Shown here: piece by piece, positions 27,638 through 38,633 of the stretch
How the letters are laid out: each line of letters begins with the position of its first letter
Numbering within the stretch: position 1 is the stretch's first letter
Source: Oligoflexales bacterium
GTDB lineage: Bacteria > Bdellovibrionota_B > Oligoflexia > Oligoflexales > RGVZ01
NCBI GenBank assembly: GCA_044360315.1
Contig: JBIKKO010000001.1
Location: 43,377 to 107,376 of the forward strand
Reading direction: 5' to 3'
DNA: 64,000 bases
Program-made: the position numbers and the translations under genes
Notes under the pieces: model-generated
Seen by the model: the letters and a program-made list of their open reading frames with translations, nothing else
Databases searched by the model: none
What the model was told of the DNA's origin: nothing

Positions 27638-28328
27638 AATCCTTTAAGCCGGTAATTGTTAGCAACCGACCATTCTTTGTCTGCTCCCGACAAATTAGCA
27701 TCTTATTCTTAAAAAAACCTAAAAAGCCCCCCCAGCGCAATGTTGCGCAACTTTGAATATCATCTTGTCTTTCTGAGTTTTGCGTCTGGGTCACCTTCAT
27801 GGAGACTTCAATCCCTCTCAGTTCGTCCGAACCCATTAACAGAAAAGAGCCGTCACTCTGACGACTCAAAGATAAAAATCGCAACCAAGTAACAGGCCAC
27901 GTCCCAGAAAGAAGGCAGCCGATCTCATTAGCGAAGATCGGCAGCTCAATCTTATTCACTTTAATAACTCGGTTTTTTGCTTCAGAAATTACGAGTCCAT
28001 CAGATCCGGTAATCTTCCACTCCGGCTGCGAGCGCGATAACTGAAAGATCGTATCGCCCAAGACAGAATTAAACTGAAGATCTGCTGATCGATCATCAGG
28101 GATGTTCCAAACGACTTCCGAACTAAAAATTCTCGTTCCGTTCATTGAAACATTTAGCGAGGCATCACGATCACTGGGAGTGCAGTTCAAAAAAAGCGGC
28201 TGAAAGACAACAGGCAAAACAGTGGGTTGAGAGGGCTTTGAAACCGTCACGCACGAAACCAGAAACCAAGTCGCAGATCCTAAGGCTAGTGCATAAGTAA
28301 TTATTGAATTGCCTCGAAACAATCTCAT
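27603..28328 (-). CDS. hypothetical lipoprotein
   Basis: Lipobox FLVSC. Beta-rich and no family recognised. It follows a TPR lipoprotein gene with a 4-nt overlap. Confidence 0.45.
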   Translation of the reverse strand: MRLFRGNSIITYALALGSATWFLVSCVTVSKPSQPTVLPVVFQPLFLNCTPSDRDASLNVSMNGTRIFSSEVVWNIPDDRSADLQFNSVLGDTIFQLSRSQPEWKITGSDGLVISEAKNRVIKVNKIELPIFANEIGCLLSGTWPVTWLRFLSLSRQSDGSFLLMGSDELRGIEVSMKVTQTQNSERQDDIQSCATLRWGGFLGFFKNKMLICREQTKNGRLLTITGLKDYVVEWMVQSEQ

Positions 28329-30133
28329 CCCCCGACTTTGAGTTCTTTGGTAAGGGATTCATACTTTTTTTGAATTCTATCTTGATCTCGTCGATCGTTC
28401 TTACATTTGACTGCCTTTGTAAAGGCATCCAAAGCCTTTTGTTTGTCTCCAAGTGCAAGATGCACATCACCCACATGCTCCCAAATCACGCCCTCTTCCG
28501 GCTCATTGGCAACAGCTTTTTCAAGAATCTCTAGAGCTCTTTTGTATTGCTTCTTCTGGTAGTAAAGCCAACCGAGTGAGTCCAAATAGGCACCATTTTC
28601 TGGTTGAATTTTCAAAGCCCTCTTTACCAATTCCTCAGCCTCATCTAGGTTCTCATTGATTTCAATCAGCATATAGCCTAAAAAATTCAAAGCAGCCGCA
28701 TGGTTTGGAGATATCGCAATCAGCTCTCGCATGACAGACTCCGCTTCTTTCCGGTCACCGTTTCTTTCGAGAAAAGCACCCTTCGCAAACAAAATCCTGT
28801 CATTTTTAGGGAACTTTTTAAGACCATCATTTGCGACTTCAATAGCTTCCTTTACCTGATCGTCTTCCACCAATATTTCACCCAAGATGAGGAACGCAAG
28901 TGGCTGCACCTCTGCTCGCTTACAAAGCTGACGAAGAATCTCAATTGCCTCTCTTTTCTTCCCGCGTTCTACCAGCAATAGTGCTTGCAGACGTAAAGCA
29001 TCACTTTTAAGAGGAGATTCATTTTGGATCTTGGCAAATTTTTCCAATGCCTCGTCTATTTTACCAATCCGCTGCAATGCCACCGCATATAGAAACATGG
29101 TTCTATCAGAGTCTGGTAATGAGGAGACTAAAGCCTGAGCCTCCTTAAACGCATCATCATTGCGATTCATCTCCCACAAAATGATCACCCGCTGCATCCT
29201 TAGTCCTGGGACTTCGTCTTTAGCGTTTTCAATCATATCATCCAAAAGAGTCAAGGCGTCATCAAGATTCCCAAGCTCTTTATAGAGAGAAACCATACGC
29301 TCAACCAATTCAGAATTACTTGGATTAAAGCGATACAACTGCTCATAAAGCTTGACGGCTTCTCCACTACGTTTGTTCAAATCAAGCGATAACGCATAGA
29401 TGAGGGCAAGCTCAGGATTATTTTCTTGCAGCTCCCAGGCTCGCCTGGCTGGTTCAAGACTCTCCTTAACTCGCTTTGAGGATAAAAAAATCCTGCTTAA
29501 CATCGACCAAGACTGTGGACTCTGCGGATTAGCTTTGACCATCTTTTTAGCAGCATCAATCGCAGCATCAGTCTTAGATTGATCTTGATAGCCACGTATC
29601 AAAAACAAGTAGGCACTCTCTAGACGCGGATTCAACTCAATCGCTTTTTTGAGTTGGACCTCAGCCTCCCTAAAGTCACGCGCAATCATCAAAGACTGAC
29701 CAAAAAGAAGTCTAATATCCGCATCCTGCGGGTACAGCAAAGCCATCCGCCGAGCCTCTGTGAGGGCTTCTGAGTCCTTGGGGTTAACAAGAATTTTCGA
29801 CCGCACCAGCTGCGATCCTGTAAAGGAGTTGGGATCAAGATTGTACGAAGACTCGAAGTGCTCACCAGCCGTAAATGCATCGCCAGCGAGTAAACTCTTT
29901 TCAGCGACTAAAAAATGATAGATTGCGTTAGCACGACGATTCCCAGGAGACCACATGTTGGCCGTGTCTAATCCAAGGGTATCATCCATTCCTGGAATGT
30001 TTTTAGTACCGTCTCTACTCTCCACGTCACTACCATCTAACACATCACTTGATGTTCGCGGCGACGTTGTTCGACAGTTGCTACATAAAAAAACTAACGT
30101 GACGACCAAAGATTTTCTGATTGAATTTATCAA
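28325..30133 (-). CDS. TPR-repeat protein (probable lipoprotein)
   Basis: A long series of 34-aa repeats with the A..Y/F..AL...P pattern (for example ALEILEKAVANEPEEG, AEELVKRALKIQPENG). Confidence 0.8.
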   Translation of the reverse strand: MINSIRKSLVVTLVFLCSNCRTTSPRTSSDVLDGSDVESRDGTKNIPGMDDTLGLDTANMWSPGNRRANAIYHFLVAEKSLLAGDAFTAGEHFESSYNLDPNSFTGSQLVRSKILVNPKDSEALTEARRMALLYPQDADIRLLFGQSLMIARDFREAEVQLKKAIELNPRLESAYLFLIRGYQDQSKTDAAIDAAKKMVKANPQSPQSWSMLSRIFLSSKRVKESLEPARRAWELQENNPELALIYALSLDLNKRSGEAVKLYEQLYRFNPSNSELVERMVSLYKELGNLDDALTLLDDMIENAKDEVPGLRMQRVIILWEMNRNDDAFKEAQALVSSLPDSDRTMFLYAVALQRIGKIDEALEKFAKIQNESPLKSDALRLQALLLVERGKKREAIEILRQLCKRAEVQPLAFLILGEILVEDDQVKEAIEVANDGLKKFPKNDRILFAKGAFLERNGDRKEAESVMRELIAISPNHAAALNFLGYMLIEINENLDEAEELVKRALKIQPENGAYLDSLGWLYYQKKQYKRALEILEKAVANEPEEGVIWEHVGDVHLALGDKQKALDAFTKAVKCKNDRRDQDRIQKKYESLTKELKVGG

Positions 30134-30161
30134 AACATCATCCTTTTCGACTGCTCGAAAA

Positions 30162-31031
30162 TCACATCCATTCGCCCGCTAATGACATATTATACCCGTT
30201 CTTAGCATCCTGAACCAAAGACTCTGTCGTCGTTTCATCACCATAGAACACTTTAGCTAGACTTAGCCCATTCGCCGGTGCCGTTGCAGGTGCAAGCTCA
30301 CGGTTTTTTGCGGCGAGAATCTGTCTGAGATCATCTGTCGAAATCTTACCTTTACCGATGGCTACCAAGGCTCCGACCATATTTCTTACCATCTGTTTCA
30401 AAAAACCATCACCCAAAACCCATACTTCAAGCATGGCACATTTATCCAAAATCAAAATCTCACGGACAGTTCTAATTTTTGATCGCGCTGAACTGTCAAC
30501 AGCGCAAAAGCTCGTAAAGTCATGGGTTCCAATAAAAACACGAGACGCCTTTTGCATAGCTTTTACGTCCAAAGGAATAGTCTGAATCCAACAATAAGGG
30601 GTCACAATTGGACTCTCACCGGTCACCCTCCAAATTGAATAGCGGTAAGCTTTACAGGTGGCATTTATAATGGGGTGAAACCGCTCGTCAGTAGTGGTGG
30701 CATTTTTAATACGGATATCAGCCGGCAGCAGAGCATTCAAAGATCTCACAATTCGAGCTAAATTAAGTCCAGCTGAACTTTTGAACGTGACCACCTGCCC
30801 CTCGGCGTGGACACCAGCATCAGTGCGACTAGCAGCGGTGATTCTTACTGGGTGGCGGCAAAACGTCGCGAGTGCTCGCTCTAAATAATCTTGGATACCC
30901 ATCCCGCTAGGCTGACTTTGGAATCCCTGATATCTAGTTCCAAGATAAGAAACGTCTAGCCGGTATAAACTCTGCGTGACAAGACTCTTACTAAGCAGAT
31001 CGGTCGATGAATTATCATTTGTAGGTTTCAA
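30162..31031 (-). CDS. truA: tRNA pseudouridine(38-40) synthase
   Basis: SYLGTRYQGFQSQP, catalytic ASRTDAGVHAEGQVV, and GDGFLKQMVRNMVG. Confidence 0.9.
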   Translation of the reverse strand: MKPTNDNSSTDLLSKSLVTQSLYRLDVSYLGTRYQGFQSQPSGMGIQDYLERALATFCRHPVRITAASRTDAGVHAEGQVVTFKSSAGLNLARIVRSLNALLPADIRIKNATTTDERFHPIINATCKAYRYSIWRVTGESPIVTPYCWIQTIPLDVKAMQKASRVFIGTHDFTSFCAVDSSARSKIRTVREILILDKCAMLEVWVLGDGFLKQMVRNMVGALVAIGKGKISTDDLRQILAAKNRELAPATAPANGLSLAKVFYGDETTTESLVQDAKNGYNMSLAGEWM

Positions 31032-32109
31032 AAGTGAATCCTAATCCATAAACCTGCCGGCCAAAGGTTAATCCTTTGTCAGACAGAGGCGATACGCGTT
31101 CGGCAAAACCAGTCAAATAAACATAGCCAATACCCATAGAATCAACCATCGACCTAACCGTTGACTCATCAATGTAATTCAATAACAAATGCACCGAGAC
31201 TCCAGTACTAAGTCCCAACTTTCGACCAGTGCTTGTATAAACCTTATTCTTTTGAGTCTTAGACTCGTCACCGGCTAAAGCGGTCTCTGAGGATGTCTCT
31301 GCATCCCTTGTCTCTTGCCACCAACCGAGCTCTCCTGCGGCCCAAACATCGAGCACCAACCATTTGCGACTAAAGGGAGTTATCTGAATTTTAGTCCCAA
31401 CCTGGATTGGTAAAAATAAGAGTGTTGTCTTACTGGATTCATCTACCTGGAGCTGGTCACAAGACGTAGTTTCAGACTGACGCACTGTACCCTTCACCGT
31501 TCGACCTCTAGCCGTGAGTGAACCAATTCGCATAGTAATACCAGGATTCACCCACCAGTCCGCTGGAAACCAATCACCCGAGAGCGAAAAATACGGTTCG
31601 GGGGAGCCATAAAACTTATCAAAACAATTTTTTTTAATGTCAAAGGTTGGCTTATTTCCAGACAGCTGCATCTTATATCGCCCAAACACTCGGCCTCCAT
31701 AGGTACCGACAACGGGCTGATCTGACTCCACTACATCCTGTTTTACAGCTCTGAAGTCCGAGGACCCAGCATTGCCACCATCATTCGTCACGGCGGAAGA
31801 ATCCGGGGGAGACTGTTGGCGATCTTCTGATGGAGGAGTGACTTCTGGCTCTGAGTTCTCTGAGACCTCATCAGCGGATACAGTTTCCGACTGTGATCCA
31901 GACTCACCCGGCGCAGTGCCAGTTAGCGGCACTGAATCACTAGGCGTGGTCGAGGATTCAACTGAAGGTTCGCTTGAACCGTCTAGGGTCGCATCTTCGA
32001 TAGGAGACAGAGGCTCCACTGGGATGTCGTCTTGAGCTACAAGGCCTTGGGCTAAACTCAAGCAAAGGAGAATCGATGAACCAATAAATTGAATCAGTGA
32101 CAAATGCAT
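31015..32109 (-). CDS. hypothetical secreted protein: acidic Ser/Pro/Glu-rich N-terminal region plus beta-barrel-like C-terminal domain
   Basis: Signal peptide, then ~100 aa of low-complexity sequence (SSEPSVESSTTPSDS...), then alternating strands ending in ...GLGFTFETYK. Confidence 0.45.
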   Translation of the reverse strand: MHLSLIQFIGSSILLCLSLAQGLVAQDDIPVEPLSPIEDATLDGSSEPSVESSTTPSDSVPLTGTAPGESGSQSETVSADEVSENSEPEVTPPSEDRQQSPPDSSAVTNDGGNAGSSDFRAVKQDVVESDQPVVGTYGGRVFGRYKMQLSGNKPTFDIKKNCFDKFYGSPEPYFSLSGDWFPADWWVNPGITMRIGSLTARGRTVKGTVRQSETTSCDQLQVDESSKTTLLFLPIQVGTKIQITPFSRKWLVLDVWAAGELGWWQETRDAETSSETALAGDESKTQKNKVYTSTGRKLGLSTGVSVHLLLNYIDESTVRSMVDSMGIGYVYLTGFAERVSPLSDKGLTFGRQVYGLGFTFETYK

Positions 32110-32125
32110 AATCAGCCTCCATCCT

Positions 32126-33133
32126 TTAATGGTAACTGATCGCCTCTAGAATTTGAACCGCGTTAGTCGCTGCACCCTTTTTAAGGTTATCAGCTACAAT
32201 CCACATTTGCAGCCAAGGACTATTTAGGACATCGATAGGAGTCCTAATCCTAGCCACATGCACCGCCCGGTCACCAGCAATGGCACGAGGAGTGGGGAAT
32301 GCAGCATGAGAATCGTCCAAATGCAGCTTCAAGCCTGCAAACCCAGACATTGCTTTGATGGCTTCCTCTCTAGTTACGGCTTTACCGAGCTTAACACTCA
32401 CAGCCTCGCTATGGGCTTGATATACAGGAACCCGGACGGTGGTGGCCAAAACGGATAAGTCAGGCTTCCCGAAAATCTTCCGAGTTTCACGAACCATTTT
32501 CTCTTCTTCAAAGCAGTGCCCTTGACTATCCACAACATCAATCCCCGGTAGAACGTTGAACGCTATCGGCTGGGCATAGACCTCGCACTTTGGCTCTTGG
32601 AAACGAAATAGCGACTCCACCTGGTGAGCAAGCTCTTTAATCCCCCTTTGACCCGTGCCTGAAACCGATTGATAAGTGGATACATGAATTTGCTCAATTC
32701 CAAACGCATCGAGTAACGGCTTTAGCGCCACGACCATCTGAATTGTGGAGCAATTGGGGTTCGCAATTATTGTGCCTTTTTTAATACCGCGCAAAGCCTC
32801 CGGATTAACCTCCGGAACAACCAGAGGAACCCCTTCAACCATGCGCCAGGCTGAACTGTTATCAATCACCGTTACGCCCATATCTGCAATAGCTTTGGCT
32901 GACTGTCGGGAGAAGGCTCCTCCTGCACTCATCAGGCACGCGTCCATTCCTTGCATCTTATCCAGCGAAAATGCCTTCACCTCCATCGACTTGCCGCGAA
33001 AAGGCAGCGACTCCCCAGCACTTCGCTGAGATGCGAACAAGGAAAGACTGATCTCTGGAATTTTTGAGTCCTCAAGATCGGCAAGCATCTCACGACCGAC
33101 AGCTCCTGTAGCACCAACGATTGCAATCTTCAT
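32126..33133 (-). CDS. asd: aspartate-semialdehyde dehydrogenase
   Basis: MKIAIVGATGAVGREM, active-site ANPNCSTIQMV and VHVSTYQSVSGTG. Confidence 0.92.
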   Translation of the reverse strand: MKIAIVGATGAVGREMLADLEDSKIPEISLSLFASQRSAGESLPFRGKSMEVKAFSLDKMQGMDACLMSAGGAFSRQSAKAIADMGVTVIDNSSAWRMVEGVPLVVPEVNPEALRGIKKGTIIANPNCSTIQMVVALKPLLDAFGIEQIHVSTYQSVSGTGQRGIKELAHQVESLFRFQEPKCEVYAQPIAFNVLPGIDVVDSQGHCFEEEKMVRETRKIFGKPDLSVLATTVRVPVYQAHSEAVSVKLGKAVTREEAIKAMSGFAGLKLHLDDSHAAFPTPRAIAGDRAVHVARIRTPIDVLNSPWLQMWIVADNLKKGAATNAVQILEAISYH

Positions 33134-33969
33134 TAGTGGTCCTCATCACCCGTAGGTGTCGCAAAAATCTCATCTTCACTTGTCAACTTGGTCCAACCAA
33201 ACGCCCATGAAATAGGCCCAGTGAGCACGTAGACAAATATCAGGACAAATCCCACAACCTCAGGGGCATAAGCGACCAAGGAAATCAGCATTACAAGTAA
33301 GACAAGCAATTGAAACGGCTTAATGGCACTGAATTTCAAAACCTTGTGGGATTTATAAACAATATTACTCACCATCAGTAAAGCCAAAAGAGGACCCATG
33401 ACGACAAGGAAGATCTTTCTAAAATCCGTATCTAACAACACTGACATAAGAGGGATATCCACCAAATTATCCACCGCTTGCCTCTGATCTAAGTCAACCA
33501 TCAAAGAGATAAAACTCGCCACCGTGATTGCAGCCATCGGAATCGGCAAACCCGTGAAGTCTCCTGAAGCTTTTCCTATTGAACTCAAAACATTAAATCG
33601 CGCTAAACGCAAAGCCCCACAGGCCATAAACATGAAGCAAGCCACCCAACCAATCCGCCCAAGCTCCAATAAGCCAAACTGATACATCAAAAATGCTGGA
33701 GCGACTCCGAAGGACACGCAGTCACACAATGAATCATACTGCACACCAAACTCACTCGTGCCTTTTGTAAGCCTCGCTACTCTTCCATCCAGAACATCAA
33801 ATATTGCTGCCAAAAAAATTGCTGCCGCCGCCCAACCAAACTGACCATTCAAACTCTTGATGATTGAAAAGAAACCAAAAAACAGGTTACCAGTTGTAAT
33901 CAAGTTTGGGAGGATGTACACGGCTCCGCCCAATCGACCTCGACCTTCGGATAGATTTTGAATATTCAT
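33133..33969 (-). CDS. pssA: CDP-diacylglycerol--serine O-phosphatidyltransferase
   Basis: LPNLITTGNLFFGFFSI and the CDP-alcohol phosphatidyltransferase motif DVLDGRVARLTKGTSEFGVQYDSLCD. Confidence 0.88.
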   Translation of the reverse strand: MNIQNLSEGRGRLGGAVYILPNLITTGNLFFGFFSIIKSLNGQFGWAAAAIFLAAIFDVLDGRVARLTKGTSEFGVQYDSLCDCVSFGVAPAFLMYQFGLLELGRIGWVACFMFMACGALRLARFNVLSSIGKASGDFTGLPIPMAAITVASFISLMVDLDQRQAVDNLVDIPLMSVLLDTDFRKIFLVVMGPLLALLMVSNIVYKSHKVLKFSAIKPFQLLVLLVMLISLVAYAPEVVGFVLIFVYVLTGPISWAFGWTKLTSEDEIFATPTGDEDH

Positions 33970-34158
33970 AGCTACTTAAGTCCTCACCACAGTATTATGG
34001 CTCAACACATTGCATCGCCTCAGCTAACACAGTTGACTTCAGTCGTAAGTTTTGCACGACCGCCAGCCGCACTACCTCATCCTCAAACCCTGACCCCTAC
34101 CTTCACCGACCCTGCGTATTTGTAACACCAAGGGCCTTTGGGGTGACCATCTATAGAT

Positions 34159-34884
34159 CTAGCCACCAGCATCCGCTTTTTCCTCAACGGTTGACTTCCG
34201 TAAATAAAGCGCTGTCGGCATCTCATTTGACCAGGGAAAGTCATCAGTGAGGCCCAGTCTATCACTTATTACCTGCAAAGCCAGCTGCGCATTTTCCCGG
34301 GGATCTAAATTTTCGCAAGTGCCCCCCCATTGGGAACGCTTCAGATCAGCTAAAGAATCCCACGATCCCAAAACAATCCAATCGAGTGACGCAAAATGAT
34401 CCGCCAACCCCTTTCCCACATCCACGGCCTCAAGACCAGTGGTCACACCGTTTGCGTAGGCAACAAACCCCGTAGTCTTGGTGGAGGGCAAAAACAAGGC
34501 GACCCCTTTTTGGCGTTGCCTTGCAACGTGATCTGCTAAAAGACTTAGAGACGACACTCCTGAAATCTTTACAAACTCTCGGTCGGAGGCAGTTAAGCCT
34601 GCAAAAAAACCAAAAGCGTAAGCAATTCCCACCCGTATTCCTGTGAACGATCCAGGACCTCGCGCAACGATGATCCGACTGACTTGATTAGACGAAATGT
34701 GTAGCTCTTTAAATGCACGATCTACAACAAGTGGTAACTGTTTGGCACTGCTTTGGACGTCTGGCGTTACCGAAGACCATAGCAATTTTGCAGCAGCACC
34801 AGACGCTTGGCTCGGCTCATAGGAAGAAACTCCAACAGCTGCTCCAAAGATGGATGTATCAATCAGTAATACATAATGACCCAT
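34159..34884 (-). CDS. tsaB: tRNA threonylcarbamoyladenosine biosynthesis protein TsaB
   Basis: LLIDTS at the N-terminus and IIVARGPGSFTGIRVGIAYAFG. Confidence 0.8.
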   Translation of the reverse strand: MGHYVLLIDTSIFGAAVGVSSYEPSQASGAAAKLLWSSVTPDVQSSAKQLPLVVDRAFKELHISSNQVSRIIVARGPGSFTGIRVGIAYAFGFFAGLTASDREFVKISGVSSLSLLADHVARQRQKGVALFLPSTKTTGFVAYANGVTTGLEAVDVGKGLADHFASLDWIVLGSWDSLADLKRSQWGGTCENLDPRENAQLALQVISDRLGLTDDFPWSNEMPTALYLRKSTVEEKADAGG

Positions 34885-34885
34885 G

Positions 34886-36604
34886 TCAGTTTAAGATACT
34901 CCCAATCATTGAACTCCAAAACCGGCTCAGGTCATTGTATAGTGCTAAAACAATAAGCGACATTACTATGACAAATCCGATCTTTTGAAAATTTTCGATG
35001 GTCGATTCCTCGATCGGCGCACCTTTTGCACCCTCTGCTGCCAGAAGCAGAAGCTGCCCCCCATCTAAAACGGGAATCGGAAAAAGATTAACAAGCCCAA
35101 GGTTGATAGAAATAATAGCCATACTTGCAAAGAAGGCCATCCAGCCCGCTTTAGCAGAGTCGCCAGCTACTTTTGCAATCATGACCGGACCACCCAGAGC
35201 CTTAACCGGCATTGCACCACTGATAATCATCCATAAACTTGTAACCATCATCGATGTCTGCGTGTAGCCTTCCTGAATTGCAAGACTCGCCGCTTTAAAG
35301 GGATTACGCTCCTGATGAACCACAGGATCTGGAAGAACTGTCTGACCAAGCATACCGACGTCGAGTACATAGGCCGTGACCGCACCCTCGGGAAGCTGCA
35401 TCTCTACTGGTTTCAGCGGAACGGACAATGTTAATGATTTAAACTCACGCACAATTTCAAGGTCAACGGTTGGTTTGCGCCACTCTTCCATCAACTCCTG
35501 GAGATTAAAAATCGTTTGAACTCGCTTGCCATCCCAAGAAACAAGACGATCACCAGGCCTTAGAGTATTGACCAATTGTCCCCTAGCCACTCCGACCGTC
35601 AAGTGGCTGTCCACCGCACCTAGCTGCATGGCATAAGAACGATCCGATTCCGTGTTTATTTTAGGCCACTGGCCCACATTGAGGCGTATCACACGAGCCT
35701 CACCAACGACCTTCTCAACGAGTTTTCGAGAATCATCCTCTACAACACTAACGGGTTGAACCGATACCTGCACAGATGACAGCCCCATACGTGACCAACG
35801 TGCAAATAAGTGGAACGTTTCATGTAAGCCATTGATCTTGTGCGACGAGCCACCCTCGTCAATCCAAGATTCAAACCGATCACCGGTTTTTAAACCGTCT
35901 TTAGCCAGGATAGATTCCTGGGAAACAATAGTAACAACTGCACTGGGATATCCAAGGGCCACCCCAACTCGCCCTATTTTTGAGGTGGAGCCAAAAATGC
36001 TTCGACCTGTCACAGCCTCAGGGGTGACCTCTCTATCAATCCTGGACCCGTCCCGCTCAATCACAACTCGTAAAGTTTGATCTGGACTCTTTTGAAAAGC
36101 CCTCTCAATATCCGCCCAACCTTTAACCTTTTTTCCCTCGACCTCTAAAAATTTGTCGCCAGGAAAAATGCCAGCCTGCTGCGCACGGCTGCCTTCGATC
36201 ACATCACCCACAGCTGCGGGAGGATGCTCAATCCCGTACATGACCATCCCCCAAAAAATTGCAAATGCTAGCAAGAAATTAGCCAAAGGCCCTGCAACAA
36301 TGATAAGGGCCCGCTTCCAAACCGGAGCCTTCCAAAACAAAACCCCTTCAACAGAGTCCGGTACGTCTTCGTTGCGATAGCTACCGTAAAATTTGACGTA
36401 TCCACCCAAGGGAATCCAACCAATCAAGAAATCGGTTTGCCCCCGACGAAAAGCAGCAAGTCTGTGACCAAATCCAATGGCAAACTTTTCTATGGCTACG
36501 CCACACCAACGTCCCACAAGGTAATGACCAAGCTCGTGAAACAAAATTAAAGAACCTAGCATAACCAACATGGCTATAATCGGATGCGAAAATATATTTT
36601 GCAT
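34886..36604 (-). CDS. rseP: RIP (site-2) zinc metalloprotease RseP with an expanded PDZ region
   Basis: HELGHYLVGR zinc motif, PDZ-like segments, and C-terminal NLFPIPVLDGGQLL. Confidence 0.9.
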   Translation of the reverse strand: MQNIFSHPIIAMLVMLGSLILFHELGHYLVGRWCGVAIEKFAIGFGHRLAAFRRGQTDFLIGWIPLGGYVKFYGSYRNEDVPDSVEGVLFWKAPVWKRALIIVAGPLANFLLAFAIFWGMVMYGIEHPPAAVGDVIEGSRAQQAGIFPGDKFLEVEGKKVKGWADIERAFQKSPDQTLRVVIERDGSRIDREVTPEAVTGRSIFGSTSKIGRVGVALGYPSAVVTIVSQESILAKDGLKTGDRFESWIDEGGSSHKINGLHETFHLFARWSRMGLSSVQVSVQPVSVVEDDSRKLVEKVVGEARVIRLNVGQWPKINTESDRSYAMQLGAVDSHLTVGVARGQLVNTLRPGDRLVSWDGKRVQTIFNLQELMEEWRKPTVDLEIVREFKSLTLSVPLKPVEMQLPEGAVTAYVLDVGMLGQTVLPDPVVHQERNPFKAASLAIQEGYTQTSMMVTSLWMIISGAMPVKALGGPVMIAKVAGDSAKAGWMAFFASMAIISINLGLVNLFPIPVLDGGQLLLLAAEGAKGAPIEESTIENFQKIGFVIVMSLIVLALYNDLSRFWSSMIGSILN

Positions 36605-36648
36605 AAACTCTCCAAACGCTTTGGCTCAAAGGAACCAACATCGGATCT

Positions 36649-37545
36649 CTAAAGGGCCGACGCCACATACAGGATAAACCAAATCACGGGCGCAGCAAAT
36701 AAAACTCCATCAATACGATCAAGTAATCCACCATGACCCGGCAAAAGAGATCCTGAATCCTTTACCCCTGTAAACCTCTTGATCACTGACTCGACAAGGT
36801 CACCCAACTGCCCGGCGATCCCACCAAATAATCCGCAAAGCAGGGCTATTAGGACACCACCTTTCAATTCCTTATAAAAATAGGTATGCCACACCACAGC
36901 TCCAAGCATGCTCACAAGCAATCCAGCAACCGCACCTTCCCAGGTTTTTTTTGGACTTTTATGCGGAGCTAACTTGGTTTTTCCAAAGAACCGGCCTCCG
37001 AAGTATCCGCCCGTATCTCCCAACCACACAACGACCAATACAAGCAACAACTGACGGCTATGTGGTTCACTCGTGTGCAAATCCCAAACCACGAGCCAAG
37101 GAAAGCCAGCGTAGGCCAAGCTCAGTGTGAAACCGAGAACGCGTGCCATTTCTGCCTCGATACCACGTGTTGCAAAAACAGCCACCATCATCGAAAGCAT
37201 CAAACCAAACACAACAATACCGCGATCTGCGGGCATATTATAGAATGCCGAAACAACAAAAATCAGAGCCATAACAGCACTACAAAACAGAGCTAAGATT
37301 CGGTAATGCGGGGTTCGACTAGCAGCAACGTAAATTTCCGACGTTTCTGACCGGCCCGCACCGACGACAGAGTAGTTCCGGAGCATTTCATCAAGCCGAG
37401 GCTGAATCATCATAGACATCTCAAATACTGAGAGACAGATGGCAGATAAAATCAGGAGAGCGGCCGCCCAAACCGGTCCATCAATAAGGGACCACAAAAC
37501 AAGCGGCAATAGTGCTGCCGCAGTCAAGACACGAGTTATCAGCAT
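36649..37545 (-). CDS. cdsA: phosphatidate cytidylyltransferase
   Basis: SVIKRFTGVKDSGSLLPGHGGLLDRIDG is the CdsA signature. The protein is polytopic. Confidence 0.88.
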   Translation of the reverse strand: MLITRVLTAAALLPLVLWSLIDGPVWAAALLILSAICLSVFEMSMMIQPRLDEMLRNYSVVGAGRSETSEIYVAASRTPHYRILALFCSAVMALIFVVSAFYNMPADRGIVVFGLMLSMMVAVFATRGIEAEMARVLGFTLSLAYAGFPWLVVWDLHTSEPHSRQLLLVLVVVWLGDTGGYFGGRFFGKTKLAPHKSPKKTWEGAVAGLLVSMLGAVVWHTYFYKELKGGVLIALLCGLFGGIAGQLGDLVESVIKRFTGVKDSGSLLPGHGGLLDRIDGVLFAAPVIWFILYVASAL

Positions 37546-38342
37546 TGACGACGTTCCTCAGAACCAGGCACAACTGGGGCCTCAGAACTCAAAATCTGGG
37601 CTGACGTCAAGCCGAACCTTCGTTCTCGACCAGAAAAGGCCTCCAACGCCTTTGCAAACTCTTCCTTGGTGAAGTCAGGCCACATGACAGGAGAAAAATA
37701 GAACTCTGCGTATGCTGACTGCCAGAGAAGAAAATTACTTATTCTCATCTCCCCGCTCGTCCGGATGACCAAGTCAGGATCAGGCAATCCAGACGTATCG
37801 AGAAAAGACGATATGAGATTTTGGTCTACTTGATCAGGACGTAGCACACCCAGCTCCACCTGCGCCGCAATCGCTGCAACGGCCCGCGCTATCTCTGATC
37901 TGGCGCCATAACTCACCGCAATATTTAATATAAGTCCGGTGTTACCTTGAAGCATAGATTTGGTTTCCATGATCAAAGAACGTAGAGATGACGATAATCG
38001 ACTTAAATCACCGATGACCCGAAACTGAACATTTTTCTTGTTTAGCTCAAGGCGCTCCTTACGAAGATAATGCTCCAAAAGATGCATGATCACGCCGACC
38101 TCATCGCTGGGCCGATTCCAATTTTCTTCACTGAATGCATACAGCGTCAGGACTTCAATGCCCCATTGTCCAGCCTGCTCCACAATGTCACGGACTCGTT
38201 CGGCCCCATGCTTATGTCCGAAAACACGGGGGCGACCTCGCTGCTTTGCCCAGCGGCCATTACCATCCATGATCATCGCGACGTGGCGAGGGCGTGAAGC
38301 ATTCCCAAAACTTGTAGGTTTCGATGTACCGATGAGCGGCAT
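37539..38342 (-). CDS. uppS: isoprenyl transferase (undecaprenyl-diphosphate synthase)
   Basis: HVAMIMDGNGRWA, LTLYAFSEENWNRP and RTSGEMRISNFLLWQSAYAEF. Confidence 0.92.
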   Translation of the reverse strand: MPLIGTSKPTSFGNASRPRHVAMIMDGNGRWAKQRGRPRVFGHKHGAERVRDIVEQAGQWGIEVLTLYAFSEENWNRPSDEVGVIMHLLEHYLRKERLELNKKNVQFRVIGDLSRLSSSLRSLIMETKSMLQGNTGLILNIAVSYGARSEIARAVAAIAAQVELGVLRPDQVDQNLISSFLDTSGLPDPDLVIRTSGEMRISNFLLWQSAYAEFYFSPVMWPDFTKEEFAKALEAFSGRERRFGLTSAQILSSEAPVVPGSEERRQC

Positions 38343-38633
38343 CCACAGGTCCTAAACAACAACCAATTCACTCTTTTAGTGCAAACGACGAAGCTTGAGA
38401 TTTAACACATTGACCCGGCAGCGTCTAGGATATTGACGCAACCATAAATAAGCATCCTAAAAAATCACTTAGAACAATGAATTCAGGTTGTTGCAATAAT
38501 TGTCAGAGCCCCCATGAGCAAGATCGATCACCCACTGTGACCCAACCCTTCGCTTTAGCTAAAGTTGATTGACATTTAAGCGTTTTCTAGCGAGCTTAGG
38601 CGGCTCCGAACAAATCTAACCACCGGACATCAA

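Noticed and set aside
36381-36668. 95-aa minus-strand ORF bridging rseP and cdsA, and 34083-34265 between tsaB and pssA.
   Set aside because: These overlap the ends of well-supported genes in other frames and have Trp/Arg/Cys-rich composition typical of spurious ORFs.
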